Below are positions 43,476 to 63,201 of a stretch of 64,000 bases of DNA, in pieces. The notes under the pieces are model-generated. The model was given only the letters and a program-made list of their open reading frames with translations, had not been told where the DNA came from and did no database searches. The position numbers and the translations under genes are program-made. Where the stretch lies: NCBI RefSeq assembly GCF_009914755.1, contig NC_060933.1; one strand, 5' to 3'. Positions within the stretch are counted from its first letter, which is position 1. Every line of letters starts with the position of its first letter. Source of the DNA: the human T2T-CHM13v2.0 reference genome, Homo sapiens.

Positions 43476-43813
43476 ACTTGATATTGTCAGATTTTAAATT
43501 AATTTTTTTTTTCTAATCTGGTGGGTTTGAAATTGTATCTATAGTGTTTTTTATCAGCATTTCCTGAAGCTGGGCATCTTTTCATGTATTTTCGTTGGTC
43601 ATTTGTGCTTCTGCGAAGTGTATATTCAATTTCGTTGCCTATTTTTTTGGTCTTTTCTCTTTTTCTGATTTATTTTTAAGAGTTCTTTATATATTCTGGA
43701 TACTAATTATTTGTTAATTTATAGGTTGCAAATATCCTTTCCCAATTTGTGACTTGTCTTTTCATCTCTTCATAGTCTTCTGGTGAGAAAAGCTCCTAAT
43801 TGTAATGAACTGA

Positions 43814-44408
<595 letters not shown>

Positions 44409-44599
44409 TGAGACACCAACAGATTTGTGAATGAGATGTGCATCTTATTAAATGTTAATGTGATTTGACAATGAGACCTTTCTTTGTGTGGACAGTATTA
44501 TATACAATTGATAGTGTGTCATTCAGTCTAAGCTGTTAGCACTTTCACTAAAATATATTCAAATTTTTTTTGATGTCTAGTTTTTACAGTGTTGGGCTT

Positions 44600-44832
44600 T
44601 ATCAAGAATAGTTGTGGATTGTGGAAGAGCTGATATGGAAACAGAGGAATGTATTTTGCTTTTTTTTTTAAACTCTGTCCGGTTCCTTGGACTTGTGTGT
44701 CTCCTATCTTATCAAGAATAATTGTAGATTGTGGAAGAGTTGATATGGAAACATCTTAGAAGAATGTTTTTTGCTTTTTTTAAAAAAAAAAACAAAACTG
44801 TCCAGTTCCTTGGACTTGTGTGTCTCCTATCT
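44600..44832. repeat. Diverged tandem duplication, 110-bp and 123-bp units, non-TE sequence
   Basis: tatcaagaata.ttgt.gattgtggaagag.tgatatggaaaca ... gttccttggacttgtgtgtctcctatct occurs twice, head to tail. Confidence 0.92.
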
Positions 44833-45087
44833 ACCATTAAACCCTTATGACTTAAGGTATATGTATAAATACATATATACATCTTGGTGGCATTGATTTT
44901 TCTATGTTGTGTATTAAAGCTGCTAAAAAACATTTTTTCTTTTTTTCAATGAGAAGACTAGTGATTACTTTGACTTTAGGAATTATTCTTCTAAGGAGTC
45001 AAGTATTTGATCTGGGCGAGGATCACACTGAAATATAAAACATCTGAGTAATTTGGGTTCACTAAAAAAAAAAAAAAGAAATGTAAA

Positions 45088-45163
45088 ACAACCACCAGAT
45101 TAAAAATACACTACAAATACTGTTTACAACCACCAGATTAAAAATACAACACAAATACTGTTT
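45088..45163. repeat. 2 x 38-bp tandem duplication
   Basis: acaaccaccagattaaaaataca(ct/ac)acaaatactgttt twice, 2 mismatches. Confidence 0.92.
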
Positions 45164-45680
45164 ATACAAATAGTATACCTTTGACATTTATGAAAGGCAT
45201 ACTCTTAGATCATTGGGAATCCGTACTTATGTAACTACCATAGTTTATAGTGTCCTTCATGAAATACAGAAAAGTGTAACAGGAAATTTTTAGTTACCAT
45301 CAGATTTGATGGGTAAATAGAAGAGAGCAACAAAGTAAAGCAATTTGAATACTAAACTTAGTCTTCAGCTTTTTTTTTTTTTTTTTTTTTAAAGAGATGG
45401 GATCTTGCCCTGGTACCCAGGTTGGTCTTAAATGCCTGGCCTCAAGTAATTCACCTGCTTCGGCCTCCCCAAGTGCTGGGATTACAGACGTGAGCCACCA
45501 TGCCTGGCGCTTTCAGCTACCTTTAACTTCCTGCCTTTTTCTGTTGTTTGTTACTACCACTGGCCTATTCCAGCCTCCTTTAGTAACCTATTGGAAACTC
45601 AAGATTAGTCTGTCTTGGGCCGGGTGCGTTGGCTCACGCCTGTAATCCCAGCACTTTGGGAGGCTGAGGCGTGTGGATCA

Positions 45681-46017
<337 letters not shown>

Positions 46018-46150
46018 CTAATCCTAAAATCTTTCTATAGTTTGGGAGTGTTAACATTTCCTTCAGTAGTTTCATGGGGAAGGATATGGGCAGTAACTTC
46101 CCCATTTCTTTCTTCTAGTAGATCATTATATCTTTTTTTTTTTTTTTTAA

Positions 46151-46339
<189 letters not shown>

Positions 46340-46555
46340 TAGGCTGGTCGCAAACTCCTGAACTCAAATGATCCACCTGCCTCATCCTCCCAAAGTGCTG
46401 GGATTACAGGCATGAGCCACCGCACCCGGCCGATCATTATGTCTTATAGGATACCTCATGAGAGAAGTGATCTGGCTGCATGGGTGGAATTCAAGGTCAA
46501 ATGGTCAGCCAAATTAAAAATCACTGCTGGAGCAGACTTTAGGGGTAGTTTGTGA

Positions 46556-46975
<420 letters not shown>

Positions 46976-46985
46976 TAGCAAAAAT

Positions 46986-47135
46986 AGAAGGGAGAGGATC
47001 AGGAAAAATAACTAATGGATACCAGGCTTAATACCTGGGTGATGAAATAATCTGTACAACAACCCCCATGACACAAGTTTACCTATGTAACAAACCTTCA
47101 CATGTACCCCTGAACTTAAAAGTTAAAAAAATTTA
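46986..47135 (+). mobile_element. 5'-truncated older L1PA 3' end
   Basis: ggagaggatcaggaaaaataactaatgg...gcttaatacctgggtgatgaaataatctgtacaacaacccccatgacacaagtttacctatgtaacaaacc...tgaacttaaaag. Confidence 0.85.
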
Positions 47136-47223
47136 ATGTTAATAAAATCTTAAACAAAAATCACGGAAGGTCTTTAATTGTTTATGTCGTGTCCTATCCG
47201 TTTTCTTGAAGAAGAAATATTAG

Positions 47224-47539
<316 letters not shown>

Positions 47540-47550
47540 TAATTTAATAG

Positions 47551-47772
<222 letters not shown>

Positions 47773-48111
47773 TAGAGATGGGGTTTCATCATGTTGCACA
47801 GGCTGGTCTCAAACTCCTAAGTTCAGGTGATCCACCTGCCTCGGCCTCCCAAAGTGTTGGAATTACAGGTGTGAGTCACAGTGCCCAGCCTGCTCTGGAT
47901 ATATTACTGGCATTATATTTAGTGGAAGAGCATATATATATTAGAGTAATGGAGATTTATTTCATTTAGTAGTATAAGAAATTATGTTTAGGTGCAGTTC
48001 TAATTTGAGACATTCTGTATCTGTCCTGTCTGATATGTCTCCAACATTGACAGTGGAGATATAAAACATTTTCATCAGTGTAGAAAGTTCTGCTGGACAG
48101 CACTGTTGTAG

Positions 48112-48215
48112 GTCAGTGATTCTCAAAGTTTTAGTGTGTGTATGGATAACTTGGATGTATTATTAAAATGTAGATTCTGAGTCAGTAGCTCTGGTGTGGG
48201 CTTGAGAGTTTGTAT
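48112..48215. mobile_element. MER5A-like hAT-Charlie MITE fragment (MER3-like fragment immediately upstream)
   Basis: cagtgattctcaaagt...ttaaaatgtagattctgagtcagtagctctgg signature; upstream agaaagttctgctggacagcactg. Confidence 0.55.
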
Positions 48216-48435
48216 TTATTTATTTATAGAGATGGGGTCTTGCTATGTTCCCTGGTCTGAAACTTCTGGCCTCAAGCAGTCTTCCCACCTTGGCCTCCTA
48301 AAGCACCAGGATTGTGGGTGTGATCCACTGTGCCTGGCCTGTGTAAACTTTAAAATAGTGTCTTTAGCCATGAGGGATGATATTGTAATGGCAGAACTCT
48401 GGACAGTGAGTTGAAAGATCGAAAGTTGTAGTTCA

Positions 48436-48862
48436 CTTTTTCCACCATCTTGAAGCTTTTAGAGGCCTGCTGGGAATAGGACTTCTAAAAGGCAAATATG
48501 TCTGGAAGGCTGTGGTCCAAGGCCATTTTTTGTTGGCTGTAAGTGTGGTCTCCAGAATCAAAGAGAGCACACAACTGTTTTTAAATCGAAGGTGTTTATG
48601 CCTGAGATGAAGCTGAATTCTGTTTGGGCAAGAGATTTGTGCTTATGTATACAAAGCAAAGAACAACACAGTGACTCCTGGTGGCAAACCAAACAAAACC
48701 AGAGTAATCTGTGGAAAGATAATTTGCGCCCATGGAAACAGACATGCCAAATTCCAAAGGAATCTTCCTGCTGAGGCCGTTTGGACACAGAATTCACGTG
48801 ATGTTGTACCCCTCAAGGATTTAAACTACTAAAAAGTAAAAGTGGATTTGTGAACAAAAAAA
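48436..48862 (+). pseudogene. RPL35AP2: Processed pseudogene of ribosomal protein L35a (probably RPL35AP2)
   Basis: ATG 48498 MSGRLWSKAIF..., [22 protein letters not shown], ...[15 protein letters not shown] (48822-48824). Intronless, frameshifted, with a TGA in place of RD's Arg codon. Pyrimidine 5' leader, short A tail, TSD aaagttgtagttca / aaagtcctagttca. The parent gene is certain; the P-number is from memory. Confidence 0.93.
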
Positions 48863-49177
48863 GTCCTAGTTCAGCTTTCCTGTTTAAAAACCAACCTCTC
48901 TCAGCCTTGGATTTTTTTTTTTAATTTTTTAAATTTAAAAAAAATTTTTTTAATTAAATTTTTTTTTTTAGTGATGGGGTTTTGCTGTGTTGCCCAGGTT
49001 AGTCTCTAATTCCTGACCTCAAGTGATCGTCCCTCCATGGCCTCCTAAAGTACTGGGATTACAGGCATGAGCCACGGTCCCCGGCCTGTATAAACTTTTT
49101 AAATAGTGTCTTTTGCTATGAGAGCTTGTATTGTAATGGCAGAACTGTGGACAGTGAGTTGAAAGATCTAAAGTTCA

Positions 49178-49478
<301 letters not shown>

Positions 49479-49564
49479 GATCTACACTTCTAGTTCATCT
49501 TTCCAGTTTTAAAACCAATCTCTCTCAGCCTTGAACTCTTTTTTTATTTTTCAATTTTCTTTAG

Positions 49565-49708
<144 letters not shown>

Positions 49709-50275
49709 TAATGATATTTATTATTTGTTTAACTTTTAGCCCCTGCAAAGAAATATAATTTAGATTTTAGAATTATAGGACTTTAAATATTTTGCCTTTC
49801 CTCTTTTATATAAAAATATTAGTTCTTTACAACTATAATTACTTATTTTCTATATTGGACTCATATAAAAAGGGTTTTAAAATAGTAATACTGCTATTAT
49901 AGCTGATAAGTACAATCTAAAATCTTTGCTATTCTTTATGTTCTTAAAATACTGTGTAAGGGAGGGCCAGGCGCAGTGGCCCACGTCTGTAATTCCCAGA
50001 ACTTTGGGAGGCGAGGCAGGCAGATCACTTGAGGTCAGGAGTTTGAGAACAGCTTGGCCAATGTGGCAAAACCCCATCTCTCTACTAAAAATACAAAAAA
50101 TTAGCCAGGCGTGGTGGTATGCACCTAGAATCCCAGTTACTCAGGGGGGCTGAGGCAGGAGGATCGCTTGAACCCAGGAGGTGGAGGTTGCAGTGAGCTG
50201 AGATCACGCCACTGCGCTCCCGCCTGGGTGACAGAGTGAGACTCTGTCTCAAAAAAATAAAAATAATAAAAATAT

Positions 50276-51041
50276 TGTGTAGGGGAAGCTCTCAAACCAC
50301 GTTCTTCCTCTACTCTCACACCACCACAACAATCATCAACACAGAACACATCTGTGACCAAAAGTGTGGGGGTTTTTCACCTCTGCACCAAGCAGTGGAC
50401 ACCAGCTCGGTGTTCTCCAATTCAGGTTGGGGGCTCAGTCTTCAAGACTGCCTGCACACCCCTGGACACCAGTTGCATGTCTGGGGCCCTGGATCTTATG
50501 ACCCACTGTCTTCATGTTGGTGTTCCCACGATCCCCTCTTTGGGTTTGGTTAATTTGCTGGAGCATCTCACAGAACTCAGGGAAACACTGAAATTTATTG
50601 GTTTATTCTGAAGAATCTTACAAAGGATATAGATGAAGGGATGCATAGAGCAAGGTATGGGGGAAGAGGTGTGGAGCTTCTATACCCTTCTTGGGGCACC
50701 ACCATCCAGGAACCTCCAGGTGTTCAGCTATCCAGAAGTTCTCTGAACCCAGTCCTCTTGGGCTTTTGTGGAAGCTTCATGATGTCAGGATGCCTTCTCT
50801 CAGGGTATAGGGCAGTCCCCTCTCTGGGGAGGGTGTTAAGACCCACAATCAGAAAGGTGGGGAAAGATTATAGTCCTTTCTTGGGGCAGGTGAAAGTAGG
50901 GCAGAGGAAGAGGTTTTGTTTCCTGAGACCTGCCCCTGAGACCTAACACACCCAATATTGTATCAGAAGACTGTAACTAGGGCTGTGGGAATTACAAACC
51001 AGGAACAGTGGATGAAAACCAATATATGTCATAACACTACA
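50276..51041 (-). mobile_element. MER21A/B solo LTR, uninterrupted
   Basis: TG...CA ends, TSD AATAT, cacagaactcagggaaacact motif; homologous to 58538-59676. Confidence 0.8.
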
Positions 51042-51216
51042 AATATATTTTACTGATGTATACAATTAGAATACCGAGTTCTAAAGTCACTTCAAATAAT
51101 TATATTCTCTGGTCATTTTACTAATTTTCTGTAAAGTTAGGTTTATTTGTTTCATTTTGTATTCATTTTGAGGGCTAAAAAATTATATTGCTAAGAATGT
51201 GTAATAGCTATTTTGA

Positions 51217-51459
<243 letters not shown>

Positions 51460-51755
51460 TAGCCAGGATGGTCTCGATCTCCCGACCTCGTGATCCTCCT
51501 GCCTCGGCCTCCCAAAGTGCTGGGATTATAGGCGTGAGCCACCGCACCTGACCAATAAAAATTTTCTTTAAGCCACCATTGGAAATATCCACTATTAGAA
51601 TATTTATATAAAATATTTGTGGAGCTCACATTTATTGAAAACATTATGCCATGTGTTCAGATTGTTCTAAGCACTTTGTATGCATTATCTCATTTGATCC
51701 TTACAATAACTTTATGAGATAGTTACTATTATCTCTATTTTATTTTTCTTTTTTC

Positions 51756-51847
51756 AGCCAGTCAAATTTAGCAGTGGGGGGTTGTATACCAACTTTAGTA
51801 ACACTGCTTTGAATAAGTTCTGATGAGCCACTACCATTGGACCAGCC
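51756..51847 (-). pseudogene. Y4 RNA (RNY4) retropseudogene, full length, inserted into a MIR
   Basis: Reverse complement reads GGCTGGTCCAATGGTAGTGG...ACTAAAGTTGGTATACAACCCCCCACTGCTAAATTTGACTGGCT, matching hY4. A-rich tail (T-run at ~51740-51754) and degenerate TSD tattatctctattt / tgttattcccattt. Confidence 0.92.
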
Positions 51848-52482
51848 TGTTATTCCCATTTGATTGATTAAAACTCAAATGTTAACTTGTACAAGGGATA
51901 CGTAACCTAGTAAGTTGCAGAACTGAGACTTGACCCCTGACAATTCTTGCTCAAACTCACTTTATTCATCCCTGTGTATTGTTTTTATCTTTTTTTCTGT
52001 GCTTACACATACACGGATTTTTTTCTTTTGTCATTTGAGAACAGAGATTTTTTAAATGTATTTCATACATTCAGGTAAGTTTTTTTTTTTTTCTCTAACA
52101 GTGTCTTATAAGAAGTTTTTGATTTCATTGAAGTCCCCTTTAGTTTTTCCTTTATGGTTTGTGCTTTTGGTGTTATATCTAAGAATTTTTGCTTAATCTA
52201 AGGTCAGAAAGATGTTCTCTTCTTGAAGTTTTATACTTTCAGGTTTGACTTTTTTGTCTATGATTCATTTTGAATTAATTATATATGACGTCATATGGAT
52301 GGAAGATTTTTTTTGTTTGCACATAGATATCTATTTTAGCACTTTTTGTTGAAAAGATTACCCTTTCTAAAATATTTTGTCCATGTCTATATTTGGACCT
52401 GTTCTATTCTATTGATCTGTTTGTCTATCTTTATGCCAGTATCACACTATCTTGATAATTGTAGCTTTATAATAAATTTTGA

Positions 52483-52930
<448 letters not shown>

Positions 52931-53238
52931 TAGGCTGGCCTCCAACTTTTGGGCTCAAGTGATCCTCCTACCTCAGTCTCCTGAGTAGCTGCAACTACAC
53001 AAACACGCTACCATGTCTGGCTCCATATGATTTTTAAAATTAGCTTGCCAAGTTTCTATAAAAAGCTGCTGGCTTTTTATTTATTTATTTATTTATTTGA
53101 GACCAGGTCTTGCTCTGACTCCTAGGCTGGAGTGCAGTGGTGTGGTCATGGCTCACTGCAGCCTCGACCTTTCGGGCTGAAGTTTATCCTCCTACCTCAG
53201 CCTCTTGAGTAGCTGGGACCACAGGTGTGTGCCACTAA

Positions 53239-53461
<223 letters not shown>

Positions 53462-53572
53462 TGACCAGGCTGGTCTCGAACTCCTGACCTCAGGTGATCT
53501 GCCCTACTCGGCCTCCCAAAGTGCTGGGATTACGGCCACGGCGCCCAGCCTAAATAATTTTTTTTAATATAG

Positions 53573-53680
<108 letters not shown>

Positions 53681-53689
53681 TAGCTTCAC

Positions 53690-56223
<2,534 letters not shown>

Positions 56224-56225
56224 TA

Positions 56226-56486
<261 letters not shown>

Positions 56487-57874
56487 TCAAAACTGAAAAA
56501 CCTACCTTGGTACGTTAGTATCAACTAAACTCTGGACTGTATTTAGATTTCCCCTGTTTTTCTTTCTTCTTCTTTTTTTTTTCTCTCTCTTTTTTTGAGA
56601 CAGGGTCTCATTGTGTCTCCCCAGGCTGGAGTACAGTGGCATGATCATGTCCTACTGCAACCTTGACTACCCCTGGCTCAGGTGATCCTCCTGCCTCAGC
56701 CTCCCTAGTAGCTGGGACTACAGGCACGTGCCACCATGCCTGGCTGATTTTTTTTTTTTTTTTTTTTGTAGAGACTGGGTTTCACCATGTTGCCCAGGCT
56801 GGTCTGGAACTCCTGGGCTTAAGAGATCCGATCCTTCTGCCTCGGCCTTGCAAAGTACTGAGATTACAGGTGTGAACCACTGCACCCAACCCAGGTTTTC
56901 TACAATTTTTTTTTTTCTATTTCAGGATCCAATCTAGGATAACTAAATTGTGTTTAGTTGTTATACTTTCTTAGTTTCTTCTGGTCTGTGATAGTTTCTT
57001 AGTCCTTCCCCCCGCTCCCAGTAATTTGACAGCTTTGGGGAAAACTGGTCAGGTCCTCAATTTGGTTTTGTCTGCTGTTTTCCTCGTAATTAGACTGGGC
57101 TTGTGGATTTTTGGAAAAATACCTGAGGTAAAGTACCTGTCTCAGTTATATGAAATCAGTATGGACTTGAGTATTTAGTTTATATTTTGGATTAAAGTCC
57201 CACATTGATTTATTTTGTTGCTCAAGTTGTTTTATCTTTGGCCATTGAGAGCTCTTTCAGATTGGCCTTGGCCTTAGAATCTGTCATTTCTCCAGAGAAT
57301 AGGGCTTGTTTCTCTGTCAGTCTGATCTTCATTCCTTTGTAAAGACTTCATTTGTGGTATCTTGATAACTTTTAGGAGCCACCCTTTTAGGAGGGGGTTT
57401 GTTAGTGCTATTACGGTTTTATTTTTTAAGAGATTATGATTAGGATGGATAGATGTTTAGTTTGCCAACCTGATCTAAACTTTTAATTTTTGCTAAACAG
57501 AATTTGTAGCATTTAGAGCTATATGCTTTAGAATTTTTCATTGTATGATGTTTAACATACAGAAAAAATATGAATGTAAAACATCTAAGTTATGAGGCAT
57601 AATAATAAACATTTGCAAGCTTATTAGTTGTCTTGAAAACTAGAGCATTACCAATACATTACTATTTATTTATTTGTCTGTTTCTGTCCTATCCTATCCT
57701 TTTACTACTCCACAGAGTTAGCTGTTCTCCCGAATTTTGGGTTTATCATTTCCTTCCTTTTATAAACCACATGATATATATTCCTAAATAATATATTGTT
57801 TATTTTTGCTTAATTGTGAGCTTTATAAAAATGTTAAACTGTATATAGGCTTAAGTGATTTTATTTTTTTTTGA

Positions 57875-58179
<305 letters not shown>

Positions 58180-58344
58180 TAGAAAGTTCCAAACTCATAA
58201 AAGTAGATTTGGCTGGGCATGACTCATGCCTGTAATCCTAGCACTTTGGGAGGGTGAGGTGGCCAGATCACCTGAAGTCAGGAAGTTCGAGACCAGTCTG
58301 GCCAACATGGTGAAACCCCAACTCTACTAAAAATACAAAAATTA

Positions 58345-59676
<1,332 letters not shown>

Positions 59677-62600
59677 GCCCCAATAACTGTCAATCTTGTT
59701 TTATATACATACCCTCTGCCCAGTTATTTTAGAGCAAATCCCAGTCATATCATTTAACCTGTCAAGTTATTTTTGTATATCTCTGAAAGATCACATAAAT
59801 TACTATAATAGCATTATCCTACCTATAGAAAATGAACTTATTCCTTAATATTATCAAATATTCATGTTTTCTCAATTTTTTTATTGTGTTTTCCTCATGT
59901 GTTTGGATTGGGACTCAAATAAGGTCTGTAAGTTAGTGATTGCTTGAGATGTATTCCTTAAGATCTTTTTCAGTCTGTAGGTTCTCTTTTCATCTTGCTT
60001 TTTTTGTGTTGAAGGAAACTGAATCACTTTTTCTAAAAGTTTGCTACAGTCAGGATTTTGCAGTTTAATTCACTACTATTTTAATTAGGATTTGGGTATG
60101 TATGGATAAAACATAAATAATCAGCTAGGTGTGGTGGTACATTCCTATAGTCCCAGATACTTGGGAGGCTGAGGCAGGAAGATCTTTTGGGCTCAGGAGT
60201 TTGAGGCTGCAGTGAGCAATGTTCATGCCACTTCACTCCAACCTGGGCTGTTCAGAGCAAGACCCTGTCTCTAAAAACAAGGATCAACAAAAATTAAATA
60301 TGCTTTCATTTCTGGTTCTTTTTTCTCTTTTCTCTGTCAGTTTTTGGTATCAGTGTTATGCTGATCTCATACGAGAACTTGGAATTCAGCAACATTCATT
60401 CAGCAGGAGTTACTGAGCACTACTGTGGCCGGGCACTATGCTTGGTGTAATGGTGAATGAGACAGAAGTGGTATTTGTCCTCGTAGTGCATAAAGGCAAG
60501 TGGGGAAGACAGACAATAAACAAATCCTGAATAAATTGATAAGCTACAAATATATATTTGTTTCCATTTTATGTGTTGGAATAGATTAAATAAAATAGGA
60601 ATAATCTGTTTCTTAAATATTTAATAGAACTTTAAAGACATCTGTTCTGACATTTATTTTAGCATACACATATTTCATAAGCATGTGAAATTACTTAAGA
60701 ACCCCTTTTCTCTCCCCATAAATCTTTGACACCGTGTGAAGTTGTTCCATCCTTATATTGTTTTTCCTTTAGGCCTACAGTGTTCCCCTGGGGATTTGAG
60801 TTTTCAAGTTTTGTGAACAAGGCTGTATTATTTCTGTGGGAAAAATCATTCAGGTTTCACATGATGGAAACAGAATGATACAATCCACTGAGTTTGAAGA
60901 CTCCAGGAAGAACAAAAAATTATATTTGCAATTACTTATTTCAGGTCAAATTAATAGCTTCTAGTATGATAACTTTTTTTTGTTTTAAAATTAACCAGTT
61001 AAGAGACTGGGCGTGGTGGTTCATGCCTGCAATCCCAGAGCTTTAGGAGGCCACAGTGGGTGGATCAGTTGAGGTCAGGAGTTTGAGACCAGCCTAGGCA
61101 ACGTGGTGAAATCCTGTCTCTACTAAAAATACAAAAATTAGCTGGGTGTGATGGCCCACGCCTGTAATCCCAGCTACTCGGGAGGCTAAGGCACAAGAAT
61201 CTCGCTGCTGCACTCCAGAGTGCAGACGACAGAGCAAGACTCTGTCTCAAGACAACAACAACAAAAAACTGACCAGTTAGTATTGTATTAGTTACTTGTA
61301 GAGGAAAATAGTATCAAATAGTAAGGATTTTCTTATAAAAAACAAAAAAAGGGTGTGGATTGTATATACTTGCTGAGTCAAGTATACTTGTCTTTCTGAG
61401 TCAAGTAAGTATACACAGTCCACACCCATTTTTTTTTTTGAAGAAAACACCCGTTTGTTTTTATGTGCCCTCAGAATTAAGATGAAGTCTTGTGCTATCT
61501 TTTTAATATGTATAAGACTAGAAAAACCAGTGAAATTCATAGTTAGAAAATAATCTATCTCTAGTCCTTTAATTCTGGAAAGAATTCCAGAGATCATTTA
61601 CTCCAGTAGTAGTCTTGTTTTATGGAAGAAGCCCTAAAAGTTCTTTTTTTTTAAATTTCAGAGGTTTTTACCCATTCTACAAGTCTTTTAATTGCCTCAG
61701 GTGCTCTTGTCTTTCTTGCCTTCTGGTATGAATTGTGATATGATTTTTGGAGTTGGGAAGGAAATTATATTTTTGGTTCAATAACTTGTTGACATTATTT
61801 TTTTGCCAACCAGTCTTTATTCAGTTGCAAGAATTAAATTGATAGGTTCGTGGTCAGATTTCCTCTTGAGGACACTGCACTGAACTCTCTGAAGAAAATA
61901 CTTTAAATAAATTGTAATGAATTGGTTAAGATGCTGACTTGAAATTTCTGATTGGCTAATGCTTTAATTTTTATTTTTTTTGAGACAAGTTCTCACTCTG
62001 TTACCCAGAGTGAGAGTGCAGGCTGGAGTGCAGTGGCGCCATCACTGTTCACTGCAGCTTCGACCTCCCCAGGCTCAGGTGGTCCCCTGCCTCAACCTCC
62101 TGAGTAGCTGGGACTACAGGTGTGTGCCACCACACCTGGCCAGTTTTTGTATTTTTTGTAGAGACAGGTTGTCACTATGTTGCTCAGGCTAGTCTTGAAC
62201 TCCTGGGCTCAAGTGATCTTCCAGTCTCCCAAAGTGCTGGGATTACAGGCCTGAGCAGTCACACCCAGCCCTGGCTAATGCTTTGAAGTCATGACTCCCA
62301 TTCTGATTTTTAACTAGTCATTACTTTCCTGTTCTTCCATTATGGTAGTCTCACAAGACTTATAATTTCAGACTTTTTATTGGTAACTACAAGAGATTAT
62401 TGTTTTAGCTTTTTCATTTTAAAGATATTGTTTTGTCTAGTTGTATTCTGAAATTACATGTTAGGTATAATTATTAGTTGTACAATTAGCTATTAAATTT
62501 TCAGAAAGTTTGAAGGGAGAGAGTAAGTGAAAAGCCACTCCTGCTAAAGATTAGACACTGTACTAGATGCTTGGAGGATTAAGAGGAGACCAGAGCTAAG

Positions 62601-63116
62601 GGAAATCTTTGTCTGGATTTTATTGACCCATTTTGGAATTAGCTGCAGATCTTAAGAAATCAGATTGGGTTGGCAGGACGTGGTGGCTCATGTCTGTAAT
62701 CTCAGCACTTTGGGAGGCTGAGGCGGGAGGATCACGAGGTCAAGAGATTGAGACCAGCCTGGCCAACATGGTGAAACCCCGTCTCTACTAAAAATACAAA
62801 AATTAGCCAGGTGTGGTGGCGGGCACCTGTAGTCCCAGCTACTCAGGAGGCTGAGACAGGAGAATGGCATGAACCCCGGAGGTGGAGGTTTCAGTGAGCC
62901 AAGATCGCGCCACTGCACTCCAGCCTGGTGACAGAGCGAGACTCCGTCTCAAAAAACAAACAAACAAAAAACAGTTTGGGTCAATAATTTGCGTTTACAG
63001 TACTAGTTTATGTACTTATTTGTCACTTTGTAATTTTTAGGGAGTTGCTTTTCAACTGTAATCTGTTTTTATTAAACTATTTGAAATGAGCTTTGTATTC
63101 AGTCACTAGTTGTGTT

Positions 63117-63201
63117 TCTCCCTTCCAAGTACTAACCAGGCTCAACCCTGCTTCTGAGATCAGACAAGATCAGGAGCGTTCAGGGTGGTTTGGTTGTAGA
63201 C
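63117..63201 (-). pseudogene. 5S rRNA pseudogene (approx. nt 1-90), 3'-truncated
   Basis: Reverse complement GTCTACAACCAAACCACCCTGAACGCTCCTGATCTTGTCTGATCTCAGAAGCAGGGTTGAGCCTGGTTAGTACTTGGAAGGGAGA aligns with human 5S. CpG decay and a 5-nt deletion in box A. Confidence 0.92.

Noticed and set aside
44600-45163. Repeat-spacer or CRISPR-like array
   Set aside because: Only two-copy head-to-tail duplications with no unique spacers; eukaryotic context, no cas genes.
48558-48797. ORFs overlapping the RPL35A retrocopy
   Set aside because: Off-frame or antisense readings of a frameshifted pseudogene; no intact L35a ORF.
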